A model generated the notes under the pieces. It did no database searches. It was not told the DNA's origin and saw only the letters and a list, made by a program, of their open reading frames with translations. From NCBI GenBank assembly GCA_964016885.1, contig OZ024740.1:99200001-99264000 (forward strand): a DNA stretch of 64,000 bases, written 5' to 3'. This stretch comes from Eledone cirrhosa (taxonomy: Eukaryota). Position numbers and translations under genes: made by a program. Numbering within the stretch: the first letter of the stretch is position 1; the number at the start of each line of letters is the position of its first letter. Below are positions 36,652 through 50,326 of this stretch, in pieces.

Positions 36652-38684
36652 TATATGTATGTATATGTGTATACTGAATATACATATATATATGTATGTA
36701 TATGTGTGTGTAACATCGTGTGATATATGGTTGAAATTGTTTTAGAAAAGTCAGTACAATGTAAGTTCTAAGTAAAGAAATGGAAACACAAGTGAAATAA
36801 AACAAAACAAACCAACATTTTACACTTTTACCTCATATTTCATGATATTTCATGAAAAAAGAAAATATAGTGTGATAGTGGTTGCAAGCTTGTCTCCTGT
36901 GCAAAAAGAGACCATCTTACCCCCACCTTCCCCACCATACGCCACTTTCTTTTTAAGAGGGTGCTTTATCCCGGAAATATCAATAAAGTACAAGGCAAAT
37001 GTATTATATTTCCATAATACAATACCCAATGTGTTAGTTGAATGATTGGTTTGTCTGATATCAGATATCATGCTTTACATCATATACAGAGATAGGAAAA
37101 GAGAGTAAAAGAGAAACAAGAGACTGGCTGTATTAGCCTGATAAGTGAGAGCAATAGAGATGAATGAATTCTGGTGACCATGCACATGCACACACAGACA
37201 TATATACAAAGGTTATCCTTGTATGCTTACCATTTCTACACAGTTGTTTTTTTTTTAACATTTATTCTTTCTTCATCCTTGTTGATGAATGAAAAAAGCA
37301 TATATGAACATATATATTCCTTTTCTCAATCTTTTTTTCCTTTACCACAATATTTGCAGCGTATATTAGATTCATATATTTTCCAATTTATTGAGAACTA
37401 CATAAATTTGACATTTTTATATATATATATATATGTATCATCATCATCATCATTATCATCATCGATTAACGTCTATCTTCCACGCTAGCATGGGTTAGAT
37501 GGGTTTGTCTGATTTCGAGGCAAGTTATATCAGGTGACCATATTTCGCTGATATAGGAGAGTTTCTGGCTGGTTTTCTATGGCTGGATGCCCTTCCTAAC
37601 GCCAACCACATTTAAACTGTGTGCTGGGTGCTTTTTGTCATGACACCTACACGATCACTATATATCAAGATGGCTGACTGAATACGCACGTGTATGTTTT
37701 TTTCTCTCCATTTTGTTTCTCAATTTCCCTGTTCCTTCTTCTTATCACTCTACTTTTTATTTATATTCTATTTCTGATGAAGGACTAGTGTCCAAAAGTT
37801 AAGACTCACTTCCTGCTATTTCAAGCATTAGACTAATATTTCTTCCATGTACTGTGCTGTTTGCTATTTTTGTTATTACTGTAACATATATAGATATATA
37901 TATATGGTACCTACTTCTACACAATTACCATCTACTAATTTTAATTCACAAGGCTCTATACAATCGAAATGGACTATTGAAGGTGATACTTACCAAATGC
38001 AAAAGTGCAAATGATCCTGGTCCCTTGTGTTTGCAGAACAAACTTCTTAACCAGATAGCCATATTTTTCTCCCTCTAACTACAAAAGTATTGATTTCTTA
38101 TGCAGATACATAATGTTGGATTCATAGCAGATGGTGAAAAAACATCGTGTGATGTTCATGCCTCTCTGTAGGTCTGTTGCAAAATAAATGAGAGGAAATT
38201 GCTATGTCGCTTGAAATGGAAAGATGCCAGTTTTCTTTCGTCTTCTCAACCACAAAACCACTCTAAAATACTGATCATTACAGTAGATATATTAAACATT
38301 CTTGCATGTTTGACAGAGTGATAGTTCACCAATTTATTTACCACACAACTGAATTCACTGGAAGGAACATTAAATATTAAATTATAAAATTATAAATAAG
38401 TTAAGAGACTAATTGTTGAAAGTGTGTTGTATAGATAACAGAATTAAAACACAATATCTCTTATGTTTAATGTATTGACTTTGACTAAATACAAGAGGAA
38501 AAAATAATCTCTAAACTAAAACGTAAATGGACTGAATTCAGAACTGAGAGGTATGAGTTTAAATACTGTTATACTACTCATCTCTCACTTTACTCATTTA
38601 ACATAATACTAAATTTTATATCAGAAAGCAAAGAGTAGATGTACTTAGCTACATACCTGTTACCTAACTACAGACTTATATATA

Positions 38685-38874
38685 CGGTGAATTGGCAGTA
38701 TCGGTAGAGGGTTGGACGTCATGCTTTCTAGCATAGTTACGTCCCTCTATGGTCTGAGTTCAAATCCCGTCGAGGTTAACTTTACCTTTCAACCTTACGG
38801 GGTCGATAAAATAAAGTACCAGTAATGTACTGGGTAATTGCTGGCCTTGTGCCTAAAGTAGAAACAATTATTAT
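38685..38874 (+). mobile_element. tRNA-derived SINE family A
   Basis: Full-length copy with A/B boxes and (ATT) tail. Confidence 0.9.
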
Positions 38875-39478
38875 ATGCATTTATATCGTCAGCATTTTCA
38901 TTGTCGTCATGATTTAATGCTGATTTTCCCATGCTGGCAAGATTTGAATGGATCATCACAGAGACTAATTGTTGCAATTTCCTAGAAAAGCATTTCAATA
39001 CAATACCCCTTCAACTCCCCTAGGAGTTATGAGACCATACATAATAAAGTAGTTGAATGGCAGAATATTTAGTGTCAAAGAAAATGATTTCCAACATTTC
39101 TTCCAGCTCTTTATGTTCTGAATTCAAATCCCATCTAGCTCAACTTTGTCTCTCACGTACTGTTTCCCTCTCCTTAAATTGTTGGCCTTTTACTTAAATT
39201 AGAATCAGTATTTTGGTATATATTAGAATAAATGTAATTTGTTACACAGAATTACATTTTGCCCTGTATGAGATCTTCATACGAAAGCTCATATAGAATG
39301 AATGAAATAGCCATGTAATGAATCAGATTTATTTTAAGGTAATATATAATATTATTATTGGAATGTAACCCCTTTTTGAGCCATTTAATTGAGAGTTGGT
39401 TTAATTCAAATGTAATTCAATTTGTATATATATGCATATATAAATACATACATATATGCATATATATATATATATATG

Positions 39479-39544
<66 letters not shown>

Positions 39545-40239
39545 TATACATGCATGTAAATATGAGACAGAGGGAGAGAGACAGAGAGATTGTGAGTGGG
39601 GCAGAAAGAAAGGGAGAAAGAAAGAAACAAGAAGGAAAATGGCTTGACATAATAATATTGTTATGAAGGTGAAAATAATTTGTTGCATTGTTGACAATTT
39701 CTCAAACTCATAATCTTATTTCTAAAATATATTTTGGCACACAATTAATCTCAGTTTCAATGAAATTGCCAATTATAATGATGTCTACTCATATTTGTTT
39801 TCCGTTCTACAGTTTTTGTTTCTATTATTTCATTTCTTTAATTCACTTTTTTATTATTTTGCTTATTACTGTTTTATTTATTTCACTCTATTTTACTTTA
39901 TTTTTAATTTAATTTAGTTTTGTCTCAATATCAATCCATTGATACAAGGAATATTTTATTTAATATTAGAACTTATCGAGAAAATCTACTGCAATATAAC
40001 AAGTGTCTTTGGGGAAAACTTTTCTACACAGTGCCTTACTATTCTTGGTTTATGTAAATCTTTTAATAGATTAAAAATCAATGATTTCTTGTTTAAAAAG
40101 TAGAGTATCAATTGAATTAGATTTCTAAGTTTTCTGTTAGTATAGAGACCAATATATTACTACTACTATCACTGTAATAGTTGTTGTTGGTGGTGGTATT
40201 ATTATTAAAAGAAATCCTCATTATTAGTATTATTATTAA

Positions 40240-40430
40240 GGGCAGTGGATTGGCAGAATCGGTAGAGAGTCGGACGCCATGCTCTCCAGCATAGTTACAT
40301 CCCTTTACGGTCTGAGTTCAAATCCCGCCTAGGTTAACTTTGCCTTTTATCCTTACGGGGTCGATAAAATAAAGTACCAGTAATGTACTGGGTAATTGCT
40401 GGCCTTGTGTCAAAAGTAGAAACAATTATT
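40240..40430 (+). mobile_element. tRNA-derived SINE family A
   Basis: Full-length copy flanked by attattagtattatt on both sides (likely TSD). Confidence 0.9.
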
Positions 40431-42665
40431 AGTATTATTGTTATGGTTAGGCTGGTTGATTTAGCAGGGCTGGCTGTTAGAATGTTGGTTATTTGTTCCA
40501 GCTCACCACAATCTGAGTTCAAATCCCTTTAAGATCAACTTTTACCTTTCATCCATTCAAGTTTAATAAAGAAAGTACTAAGCCATTGCTGGTACAACTT
40601 TCTCTCCTTCTAACTGTCATATCCTGGATGTTCCACTGGCTCAATGGAGGGTTTAAAGGGTGTCTGCATCTGTTCAAGACTGCATGTGCACCTACAACTT
40701 GGTAGTATGTACCAGCAAAAACATGGTACATACTACCAAGTTATACTCAATTGCCAATGACTGCTGTAACTTCTATTACTATTACTATTATCATGATGGC
40801 TTTGTGCCTATAGAATAAATCATTATTATTATTATAATTATCATCATTATCATTATTATATTGTATTCCAAATATTACAGGTAAAATATATAAAGGCTTA
40901 ACTTTTGACATTTCAAGGTTCTTATAGCTCTAGCATATTAGAAGCCTTGGCAAATGTAATGAAATATGAACATATCTGGGTTGTTGTTGATGTTGTTGTT
41001 GTTAATATTATTAATGTTATTATAACTGCTACTGCAGCTTACCATTGCTGTTGCTGCTACTACTGCCACCACCATCACTAGTAATGCTATTCTCCCTTTC
41101 TTGCTCACTATCATTGCCATTATATTTCTAAAGTAATAATATCGTCTGTTGTCCGCTTTCTTCCAAATTTGTTCTCATTTTCTACTTTTATTATTATTTC
41201 TTCTTTTAAGCTAATACTTTTTTCATAATGTCTGTTTAAGCAATAAATATACTACAGTAGTTTCACAATATGATATTGAAATAATTTCAATACCATGTAA
41301 TTTAGATGGTATTGGTTCCATTTAAATACATTTCAAACTATATCTCTGGCAATACATTACTTTAATAATAATAATAATATTAATAATAATATGAAAAATT
41401 AAAAGAAAAATATCCTTAGCTTTTCTGTGTAAGTTCTGTTTACAATCTCCATTGCCAACAGTTGATATAAGAGCTACTACTAGGTGAATTGATAAGCTTG
41501 TAGTTCACTGGCCAAAGTTTTTAATGGCTTGTATCACATTCCCAATTGTGTGCTGCATTCTTGGCAAATACATTTAAGTTTCAATGGCTTAGTCTGCCTT
41601 GTTGGAAAGAACTTCTGTGATGAGAGACAATTTACCGCTGTACACAACAAGAGCATACAGGTAGACTGAATCCATTGCATTATTTAACACAATGATCTGA
41701 CCCATGAGTGTGTTTCATGAAGTTCAGTCTGTTGCAAGCACTCAAACCAGGTTAGCTATCTGAAGTTAGTTTAATATCTTGATGGAGTTGACTCTTTCAC
41801 ATTTTCCCACATTAGTACTGGTGAGCCTGACAAAGTTTGTGATACTTTATCCTCTGACTATCTCATAAAAAACAAAACAAAACAAAAATTAAAATATTGC
41901 TGACAGATAGGATAGCGAAGATTGAAACCATAAAAATGAAATCCCCGTTCATAGATTGGCAGTCTACACCAAGAATATATGTAGGCATAGCTGAGTGGTT
42001 TAGTTTGCTTCACAATCTTCAGGACTTGGGTGTTTTTCTTCTCAGAGTGGAAAAAATGGAGTAACTCTAAGTTGAGGCAAATTCAAAACAATAAAGAGTC
42101 TCAGGTGGAAAAGGGTCATTCTCATTGGCTACATTTCATAGTCATAACATTAGAATTAATTAGGATTAAACAAAACCAGACACAAGATAATTAGCCAGAT
42201 GTTGTCAAAAGCTGCATGAAGTAGAAGAAACATATTTCTACTCCTAAACAGAGAAAATATTTTCAACAAATTTTGTTTATCACCTTAACACATCTGCTGG
42301 ATAAGAATATGAATTAACAGGTCAAGGCTTCATTGAGGAATTCAGAAGCTAGTTACCTCTATTTTTATTATTTGGAATGCCTTCATCTTTGATTTGTATC
42401 TTCCTGGTCCCAGTACTGCAGAATATGAATATGCACACACACACACACGCACATATATATATACACATACATATATCTAAACCTATATACATATCTATAA
42501 ACATATGTGTGTGTGCATGTCTGTGTTTATCTATTTGTTTTGCAAGATTCTCAATATGAAATCGTGTGTTGGAGCAGATATTATTATATTTGGGGATGAT
42601 GTTTTTGCCAATTTTGCCAATAAAACACATGTACTATTTGATATTCACACCAGCTTTATTATTAA

Positions 42666-42833
42666 TTATTAGTTAGTTTATCAAAGCTCTTTTGTCACAC
42701 ATTCTGTGACTTCCTCAATGACAAGATGGACTAAATAGATTAAGAGCAATAAGATGAGACACAGAGAACAACAAATGTCATTGAGGAGGACACAAAATGT
42801 GTGACAGAAGAGATTTGATGAAGTAACTAATAA
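42666..42833. repeat. Older fold-back element
   Basis: 42666-42723 pairs with 42776-42833. Weaker complementarity extends to about 42580-42900. Confidence 0.8.
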
Positions 42834-42929
42834 TAAAGTTGAAAATTATTGTGCTTTTGTTATTGTTGACAAAATGAACATCCAGAAATATAACAGTGTA
42901 ATAATGATGGGAGGTGGGAGGCTGAATTA

Positions 42930-43465
42930 AGTGTAATAATTGCAAAAGCTGGTGTAGTAATGTGTCAGCTTCAGCATTCAGTAATCAGAAGGGAGGTAGG
43001 TGTAAAATCCAAACTCACTATCTTCAATTCAGTTTTTCTTCCGACCCTTCCTTATAGTCATGAATCTTAAGTAATTACTGAAAGAATACGACGGTGAATA
43101 CAAACGGCAGAAATGGAAGTCCTCTGAAAGGTCTTTGGAGTAATGTTACTTGATAAAGTGTGTAGCTCAGAGATCAGAGAGTCACTCCAGTTAGAGCCGC
43201 TACTTCACCAAATTGAGAGATCACATCTCCGATGCTATGGGCATGTGTTTAGTATGTCTCAGGAATGAATCGCTGGAGAGATTTTACGTGCAAAACCAAC
43301 CAGCAAGAGACCCAGGAGTAGACCCGGAGCAAGATGGTTGGATAACATCCATGAGCTTGGCTGGTCACACTTGGAGATCCAGATGGTTGCCTCTGACAGG
43401 ACCTGCTGGAAGGAAGTGTCTGAGGACTCTGCCCCCTCTCAGGAATAAGTGGGCAAAGAAGGAGA
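42930..43465 (+). mobile_element. RTE-clade (Expander/Rex3-like) LINE 3' fragment
   Basis: Manual translation KSKLTIFNSVFLPTLPYSHES*VITERIRR*IQTAEM...DKVCSSEIRESLQLEPLLHQIERSHLRCYGHV. Confidence 0.75.
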
Positions 43466-43466
43466 A

Positions 43467-43559
<93 letters not shown>

Positions 43560-43563
<4 letters not shown>

Positions 43564-44739
43564 AGGACAGTGCAAGCTTTGTACAGAGGTGCTGTCGGTA
43601 AAGTGAGGGTAGGAATGGAGTTTAGTGAGGAATTCCAGATACAAGTAGGAGTATATTAGGTTTTGGTCTTCAGCCCACTCTTGTTCATTATAGTCCTCCA
43701 AGGCATAACAGAGGAGTTTAAGATTGTCTGCCCATGGGAACTTCTTTATGCTGACGATCTGGTTCTTATAGCAGAATCAGTAGAGGAGATAGAGAATAAA
43801 TTCTGGCTATGGAAACAGCAGTTGGAATTAAGAGGACTGAGAGTAAATCTAGCTAAGACAAAAGTGTTGATGAGTAGAAAAGAGGAAAAAAATCTGATTC
43901 CATCAGGGAAATGGTCATGTTCGATATGCAGAAAAGGAACTGGCAAAAATTCTACAAAATGTACATGTAGCAGATCTTGGGTACACAAGAGATGTAGTGG
44001 GATAGCAGGCAAACTAACAGGTAGGGAAAAATACATATGCAGTAGATGTACAGGGAGATGTACAGTAGAAGTCGCATTGATAGAGACATTTTTCAAATGC
44101 AGCTAGGTTCTATAGAAGTGATTGATAGCTTCCGGTACCTAGGTGATCAGATTAGCATGGGAGGTGGCATGTTCTGAGGCTATAGTATCTAGAATAAGGA
44201 TGGGTTGGAAGAAGTTTCAGGAGCTGCTTCCTCTGCTGACAAAGAAGGGTTTCTCCCTGCATACAAAAGGACGGTTATATGATGCCTCTATGTGATGCTG
44301 CATGGTAGTGAGACATGGGCAGCAACTGCAGAGGATATGCAATGGCTGGAGAGAAATGAAGCAAGCATGCTCCGTTGGATTTGTAATGTCAATGTACGTG
44401 AACGACCAAGAATGGATGAGTTGAGAGAGAAACTGTGTTTAAGAGGGATAAGTTGTAGTGTGCGGGAGAGAAGATTGCAATAGTATAGACATGTGTTGCA
44501 CATGGAGGATGACTGCTGGGTAAAGAAGTGCCAAGAAATGCCAGTAGATGGAAGACACAGTAGGGGAAGACCACAAAAAACATAGGCAGAGCTGGTGAGA
44601 GCAGACCCCAGATTGCTGAAGCTCACAGAGGTGATGACAAAGGACTGTGACAAGTGGAGAGATGCTGTGCTGAATAGGACCTGCCCCACCCTTGCAAGCA
44701 GGGAAAAGGGAATGTAAAATGAGGATAATGATGATGATC
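43560..44739 (+). mobile_element. RTE-clade LINE, 5'-truncated, with Cys-rich PHD-like insert in the RT
   Basis: FSPLLF, LLYADDLVL, GLRVNLAKTK, CSIC...CTCSRSWVHKRC...CSRC, FRYLG, MLHGSETW; (GAT)n tail. Confidence 0.9.
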
Positions 44740-45069
44740 ATCATCACTGTTTAACATCCACTTTTTCATGCTGGAATGCGTTACATGAGTTATCCTGTTG
44801 TGAGCAATGCCAGGTCAGGTGTACATGTCTTGCTCATACAGAACTGAATTTGGCTTTTTTTCTACAGTTGGATGTTCTTCATAGCACCAACCTCATTTAT
44901 AGTGAGTACTGTGTGCTTTGGGGGCTGGAGGCTTCGCTGTATGTATATTTCAGGTTGACCTTATGGAGATGTATGGGAGTGGGTGGGGTGTGACAGTGCA
45001 TGCTATATATATGCTTCAGTTACAGCCTGTGCCTGAGGGAATTTGAGTCTTCTATATTACTGCATAACA

Positions 45070-45106
<37 letters not shown>

Positions 45107-45769
45107 GAGGGTAGGGTATATGTTTGTATGTGTCTGTTTATGTTTAAATGTATGTGTATATGGCTTAACAACTGACATTGTTTGTTTCTGCTCTGTAACA
45201 TAGGAGTTCAACAAATGTAAATCTATGAAATATGAACCAAATTTTAAAATAAGTACAGAAGTTGAGATGATCAACTACACACTTGACTGCCATACATCAG
45301 CATGGTCACAATCCAATGAGAGTAAATTTGAAAGATATCAGATTCTTAAGCCAATGTGGGTTGATGGGAATGAAACACATCTTACAAAGTTTAAATAAGT
45401 AAATATTAAAATATTACAATAATATAAGTGAATAATATAAAAGCTATTTTATTATAGAAAACTAAAATTATCAAATGAATTGTATAAAATATTATTTCTT
45501 TGGTTTGCTTTTTTAATTTTAGAAGTCTGAAAATTTGCTTAGTGAGAGTATTTATGAGAAGTGGGATGGGAAATGGAAGGCAATAATTATTTTTAGTGCC
45601 ATGTTTGGCTTCTGTTTTCCTATCATTTTTTCATCGGTCACTAATAAATTTATTATTATTATTATTATTGTTTTTTTGTCAGTATCACTGACATTTTCAT
45701 TGTTTATTTTTATCCTTTGGAAACTGAAATATCTTCAAGTGCTCACAGCTCTCTGCCAATTCGACAGTA

Positions 45770-46110
45770 CAATTGATGGAAACTTCACCTTTGCATTCTA
45801 CAGGGGTTTAGTGGCAGGTAAAAGTGATGTTGCTCTTGTTGAGACTCTGAAGATTGATGAAAATCAAATAGCCACTCTTTTCTGGAAGAATTTCAGTCCT
45901 GGGCCTATGGATAACTTCCAGAAACCCCTTGAGTGGCAGTATTACTGGAGAGCATTGCCAGTTTGAGATAAAGTCTACAGGCATTGAAGTGCCATCAGCT
46001 GCACCTGTCCAAGATGTGTGCAGGGTGCCAAAGCTGTCTTGCATGCACTCATTCAATGTGTAAGTATTGCTGACTTGTGGGCTTATGTTGAACATCAGCT
46101 GTCACATGTA
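45770..46110 (+). mobile_element. Degenerate L1/Tx1 ORF2 C-terminal fragment
   Basis: FYRGLV...FSPGPMDNFQKPLEWQYYWRALPV, homologous to 16896-17155. Confidence 0.65.
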
Positions 46111-46365
46111 GAATGAGCCTGGCTATCAACTTTATGCACCTTGGGTATGTGCAATAGAGTTTTGTGGTGTTGTTTCTATTGTACTGATAGTATTCTTTTA
46201 TATATGAGTGCACTGCCTAATAATGCTATTTTATGCATGCTGTATACCTTTGTGAGGGCTTGGGGTTTGTCTATGTATTTGTCTATGTGTTATTATAATT
46301 TGCATCTATTATTATAAGTATTGTTTCTGTTTTCATCATCCACATTCAGGTTATTTCTACCTCTA

Positions 46366-46553
46366 GGGTGGATAGGCAGTATCGGTAGAGTGTCGGACGC
46401 CATGCTTTCCAGCATAGTTACGTCCCTTTACGATCTGAGTTCAAATCCCGCCGAGGTTGACTTTGCCTTTCATCCTTACGGGGTCGATAAAATAAAGTAC
46501 CAGTAATGCACTGGGTAATTGCTGGCCTTGTGCCAAAAGTAGAAACAATTATT
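46366..46553 (+). mobile_element. tRNA-derived SINE family A
   Basis: Near full-length copy. Confidence 0.9.
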
Positions 46554-46570
46554 AAAAATATTATTAATTT

Positions 46571-48010
46571 GATATCTCAGTCGTTGATGCTATTTACCTG
46601 GAAAATTGCCCTAATGAACATAATTCCATTACCTGAAGCCTCAGATATTTAGGACATATTGGAGGATTTTTTGCTGTTCCCAGTTGTCATGTCCTTTGAA
46701 GTGTCCCAATAAAGGAGACTGGGCTAATGTTCTTCGACCAGCTTTGGAATCTCTTCAAGATAGTACTTAGTTCACCTATGATGATGAAGATGACCTTGAT
46801 CTCATGACATACCAAAATCCTTCTCAGTTTCCACTTTAGATCCTGGTATCGATTAATTTTCTCCTTTTCTTTTTCTTGCACTCTTATGTCAAAGGGGATA
46901 GCTACATCTTGTCAAAAATAAATAAGTCCAACCTATGGTATTCTAATTTTTTGTGTGTTTGTATCCTGAAATTCCACAGCAATTTCATTCAATTGTTTTC
47001 TATCACCATCTCTGTCTTATGCTCTTACCACTTTTCAGAACAGTGTAAATTAGTCAGTTTGCAGAGTTTCTTCTCATTCTCCACTGATCCTACAGAGCAG
47101 GCTAGCCTCCTCCTTCACCCGACACCAAGCAGTCATTGAACAGTATTGGCTGGAGAGATGTTATATTTTTAGTCCAATATCCTTGCACACCATCCGGGCC
47201 TAATGATTTCCCATTGGTTAATTTATAGGCCTGCTTTTAAATAGTTTCAACTGAGATACTCAAATCTGGGTTAACAGTCCTAATCTACTCTGCCTGACTA
47301 TTATGCTCAACATCCTGCTCCCATATCCCTCTCTAAAATGTGTTGGTCTGTTAAGCCTCAAGGATACCAGCGCTGTCTCTTTCTTTCCCTTCAAGCTGTT
47401 CAGATAACATCTTCTGCTTGTTGTCAAACATGCAGTTTTGTCTATTCTGGTTAACTCTGCTCCCATATCTTTTGATTTTTTCACTTTGGCTAAGAGATGT
47501 TGCTTTAGTTCCTCTATTATAATATTTAGACTTTTTCCTATTGTGTTCTATTTCCTTGTCAATCTATCCTTATTAACTATGTTTGTAATGTACCATTTAA
47601 TAAAGACTCAATCTTCACAGTTATTTTCTTGACCATTCAACCGCTTCTTCCACCAAGGTTCTATCCTTTCTCATATGTTTTTCTTCATTTTGATACCAAG
47701 CAAGTTTTTCATCACATTTGCAGCTGCTTTGAGAATGTTGTTGCATTGGTGAAGATTCTTTGCCATCATTTGTTTTAATTTTTTCTGCCAACAAATCTTA
47801 GATTCATATGTTTTCCATTATCCTTATTCATTCCATCCACAATTAAATTCAGAATATCAAAAGAATCTTTCCCTAGCCCGTCATCGTTTATTTCCTCAAT
47901 GGTCACATCTTTACTCCAGTTGTTATTTATCTCAGCATTTAGATCATTGTCTTCTTCAGTTATTTCCTTAGGTCTCCGAACCACTTTGCCCTCATTTACT
48001 ATTGGCTCAG
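46571..48010 (-). mobile_element. Old, internally deleted R4/Dong-type LINE (relative of 6338-9805)
   Basis: QEKEKEKINRYQDLKW and DNDLNAEINNNW...MNLRFVGRK match the young copies. 3' UTR catcaacgactgagat followed by an AT-rich tail. Confidence 0.88.
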
Positions 48011-48111
48011 GTGAAGGCGAAGGCTAAAATAATTAGCCGAGTATGCTCTGATTGATCTGTAATGTTTAAGTGCATAAAAGGCAAAGTACACAGAAGCTGA
48101 GAGAATAACTG

Positions 48112-50309
48112 TACTTACTTGTACTTGTGTCACCATTCATCCTGGACAGGTTGAGCCGGCTTCTTCCCTTGTCTCCTGACAGCATCCAGAACCATAGCAA
48201 TCCCCGTTGATCGACTACCCTCATAGGCCATGTGTCACAGCCATTGAGGAGGATAGTGCGAACGACGGAGGAGGATAGTGCGAACGACGGCCTGGTAGAT
48301 TCAACCTTTGGTCGCCGAGGTGATCTCTTTTCTGTCCCACACACACTGCTGGAGGCGCCTGAAAGCGGATCTGGCAGCCCTTATGCGACGGTTGCACCCT
48401 GTCCCATTGGAACCACTGTTGAGCCCAGGTAAATGTAGGACTCCACATCCTCCAGGTCCACGCCCTCGAGAGATATTGGCTGCCAAACATCAGGCGAGAC
48501 CAGTGACGTCATGACTTTCGACTTGATTCGTAGACCAACAGCGGCGGCTGCAGTGTGCACCTTTTCGAGACACTTGTACATCTGTCCCGTTAGCGCCCAT
48601 CAGCATGATGTCATCCGTGTAGGCCAGGTCCGTCACCTGACCTCTCTCCTGACCTCTACGCCCGGGTAATCCCAGAGTGCTGTGTTGAGAGTGTAGTCAA
48701 TGGCATAGTTAAAGAGAGTTGGCGATAGTGCACACCCCTGCCGAACACCGGTCCCAACATCGAACGACTCCGTCTCCCCACCATACACCCTCACTCGAGC
48801 CTGTGTCGACTGGTAGTAGCATTGTATGAGATGAAGCAGCTTCACTGGGATGCCGTCCGCATGCATTATACGCCATAGGGCTTCACGATCTACCGAGTCG
48901 AAGGCAGCTGCAAAGTCAATGAAGCAGAGGACGGTAGGCTGTTGATGTGCCCACCGTTGTTCCAGGACACGCCGGAGAATGAAGATTTGATCAATGCACC
49001 CCCTCCCCGAACAGAAGCCGCCCTGAGAAGGATGGGTACAGACATCACGGATGGCCTGGAACCTCTTCAGCAGAAGAATTGCAAAGGTCTTGGTAGCAAC
49101 GTCAATTAAACTGATACCCTGTAGTTGGAACAAAGTTTCCTGTCGCCCTTTTTGAAGAAATGTAGGAGAGTTGCCTCAGTCCAGTCGCCAGGGAACTGCT
49201 CCGTCGGCCACACTGAGGAGAAGACTCGATGGAACCAAGCTGCGAAGACATGAGGCTCGGCCTTGTAGACCTCAGCTGGAAGTATTCTTCTCCGGAAGGC
49301 TGCACGTAGGTTGGCGTGGATGGTGGCAGGTGGTTGAGCAGTTTGGAAAAATGGTCCTTCACGGGGTCGCTGTAATGCTCAGCGCCGATGCGCAAGCGGC
49401 TCTGCTGGCGTGGCAGCCGATCCCACACCGACTCGCGCTGGTTCGATTGAAGGATCAAATCTCCAACGTCAGGGTAATTGTTGTCTATGCTCCCACACTC
49501 AATGCAGATGAGGCGGACAAGATGCAGTTCTATGCCGATCTCCAAACAACCGTGGATGGCGTCCTCTCCAGTGATGTTCTCATTGTCTCTAGGGACTTGA
49601 ATATGCAGACGGGGCCTGCTGATGATACAATACGGCATATTCTAGGACACTTCACCCTAGGCATACACTGTGACAATGGTGAATGGCTCGTGTCCTTCGC
49701 AGATGCCAATCATCTTCACATCACCAACACCCGGTTCCAACATCCTTGGCGTCACCTCGTCACATGGCGATCCAATGACGGAAGAACGGCCAATCAGATT
49801 GACTACATCCTGGTCAGATCTCGGTGGGCCAGCTCAGTGATGGACTCGCGTGCGTATCGGGGGGGGGGGCTGATACGGGCAGTGAGCATGGGTCAAACCA
49901 TACTCTTGTTCAAGTAACCCTTCGTCTGTGGCTGCGGGTGAAATCTCCTCCCAACTGCCAGAAAAGGATCGATATCTCGCGACTCAAGCTCGATGCTGGA
50001 AATGCTTTTCCAGCTAGAGCTTCGAAACTGATTTCAAATGCTGAGTAACGAAGTGGAACAGCAACCAGAGCAGCAGTGGAACGCGCTCAGGGCGGTGACG
50101 GTTGGGGTGGCCAGGGAGCATCTCGGGTCGACCCAAAGACGCCATCAGGACTGGAATTCTGGTGGTACTCTTGAACTCACGGAGTGGGCGAGTGTGGTCC
50201 GACTCGAGGGTGCACCCAATCTTCAAGATCTCCGATGTCGCACATCTCGGGCTATTCGGGCTGATCGGAATGCACACTGGCACGAGTTTACGGAGCAGAT
50301 GGAGAGGGC
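48112..50309 (-). mobile_element. GC-rich RTE-clade LINE with inverted 5' half and 17-bp TSD
   Basis: Minus-strand RT (FIDFAAAFDSV, GVRQGCALSP, YTDD) at 48140-49360; plus-strand APE endonuclease (VYAPT, TWRSNDGRTANQIDYIL) at 49361-50309. agctgagagaataactg at 48095-48111 and 50310-50326; caagta-type tail. Confidence 0.92.
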
Positions 50310-50326
50310 AGCTGAGAGAATAACTG

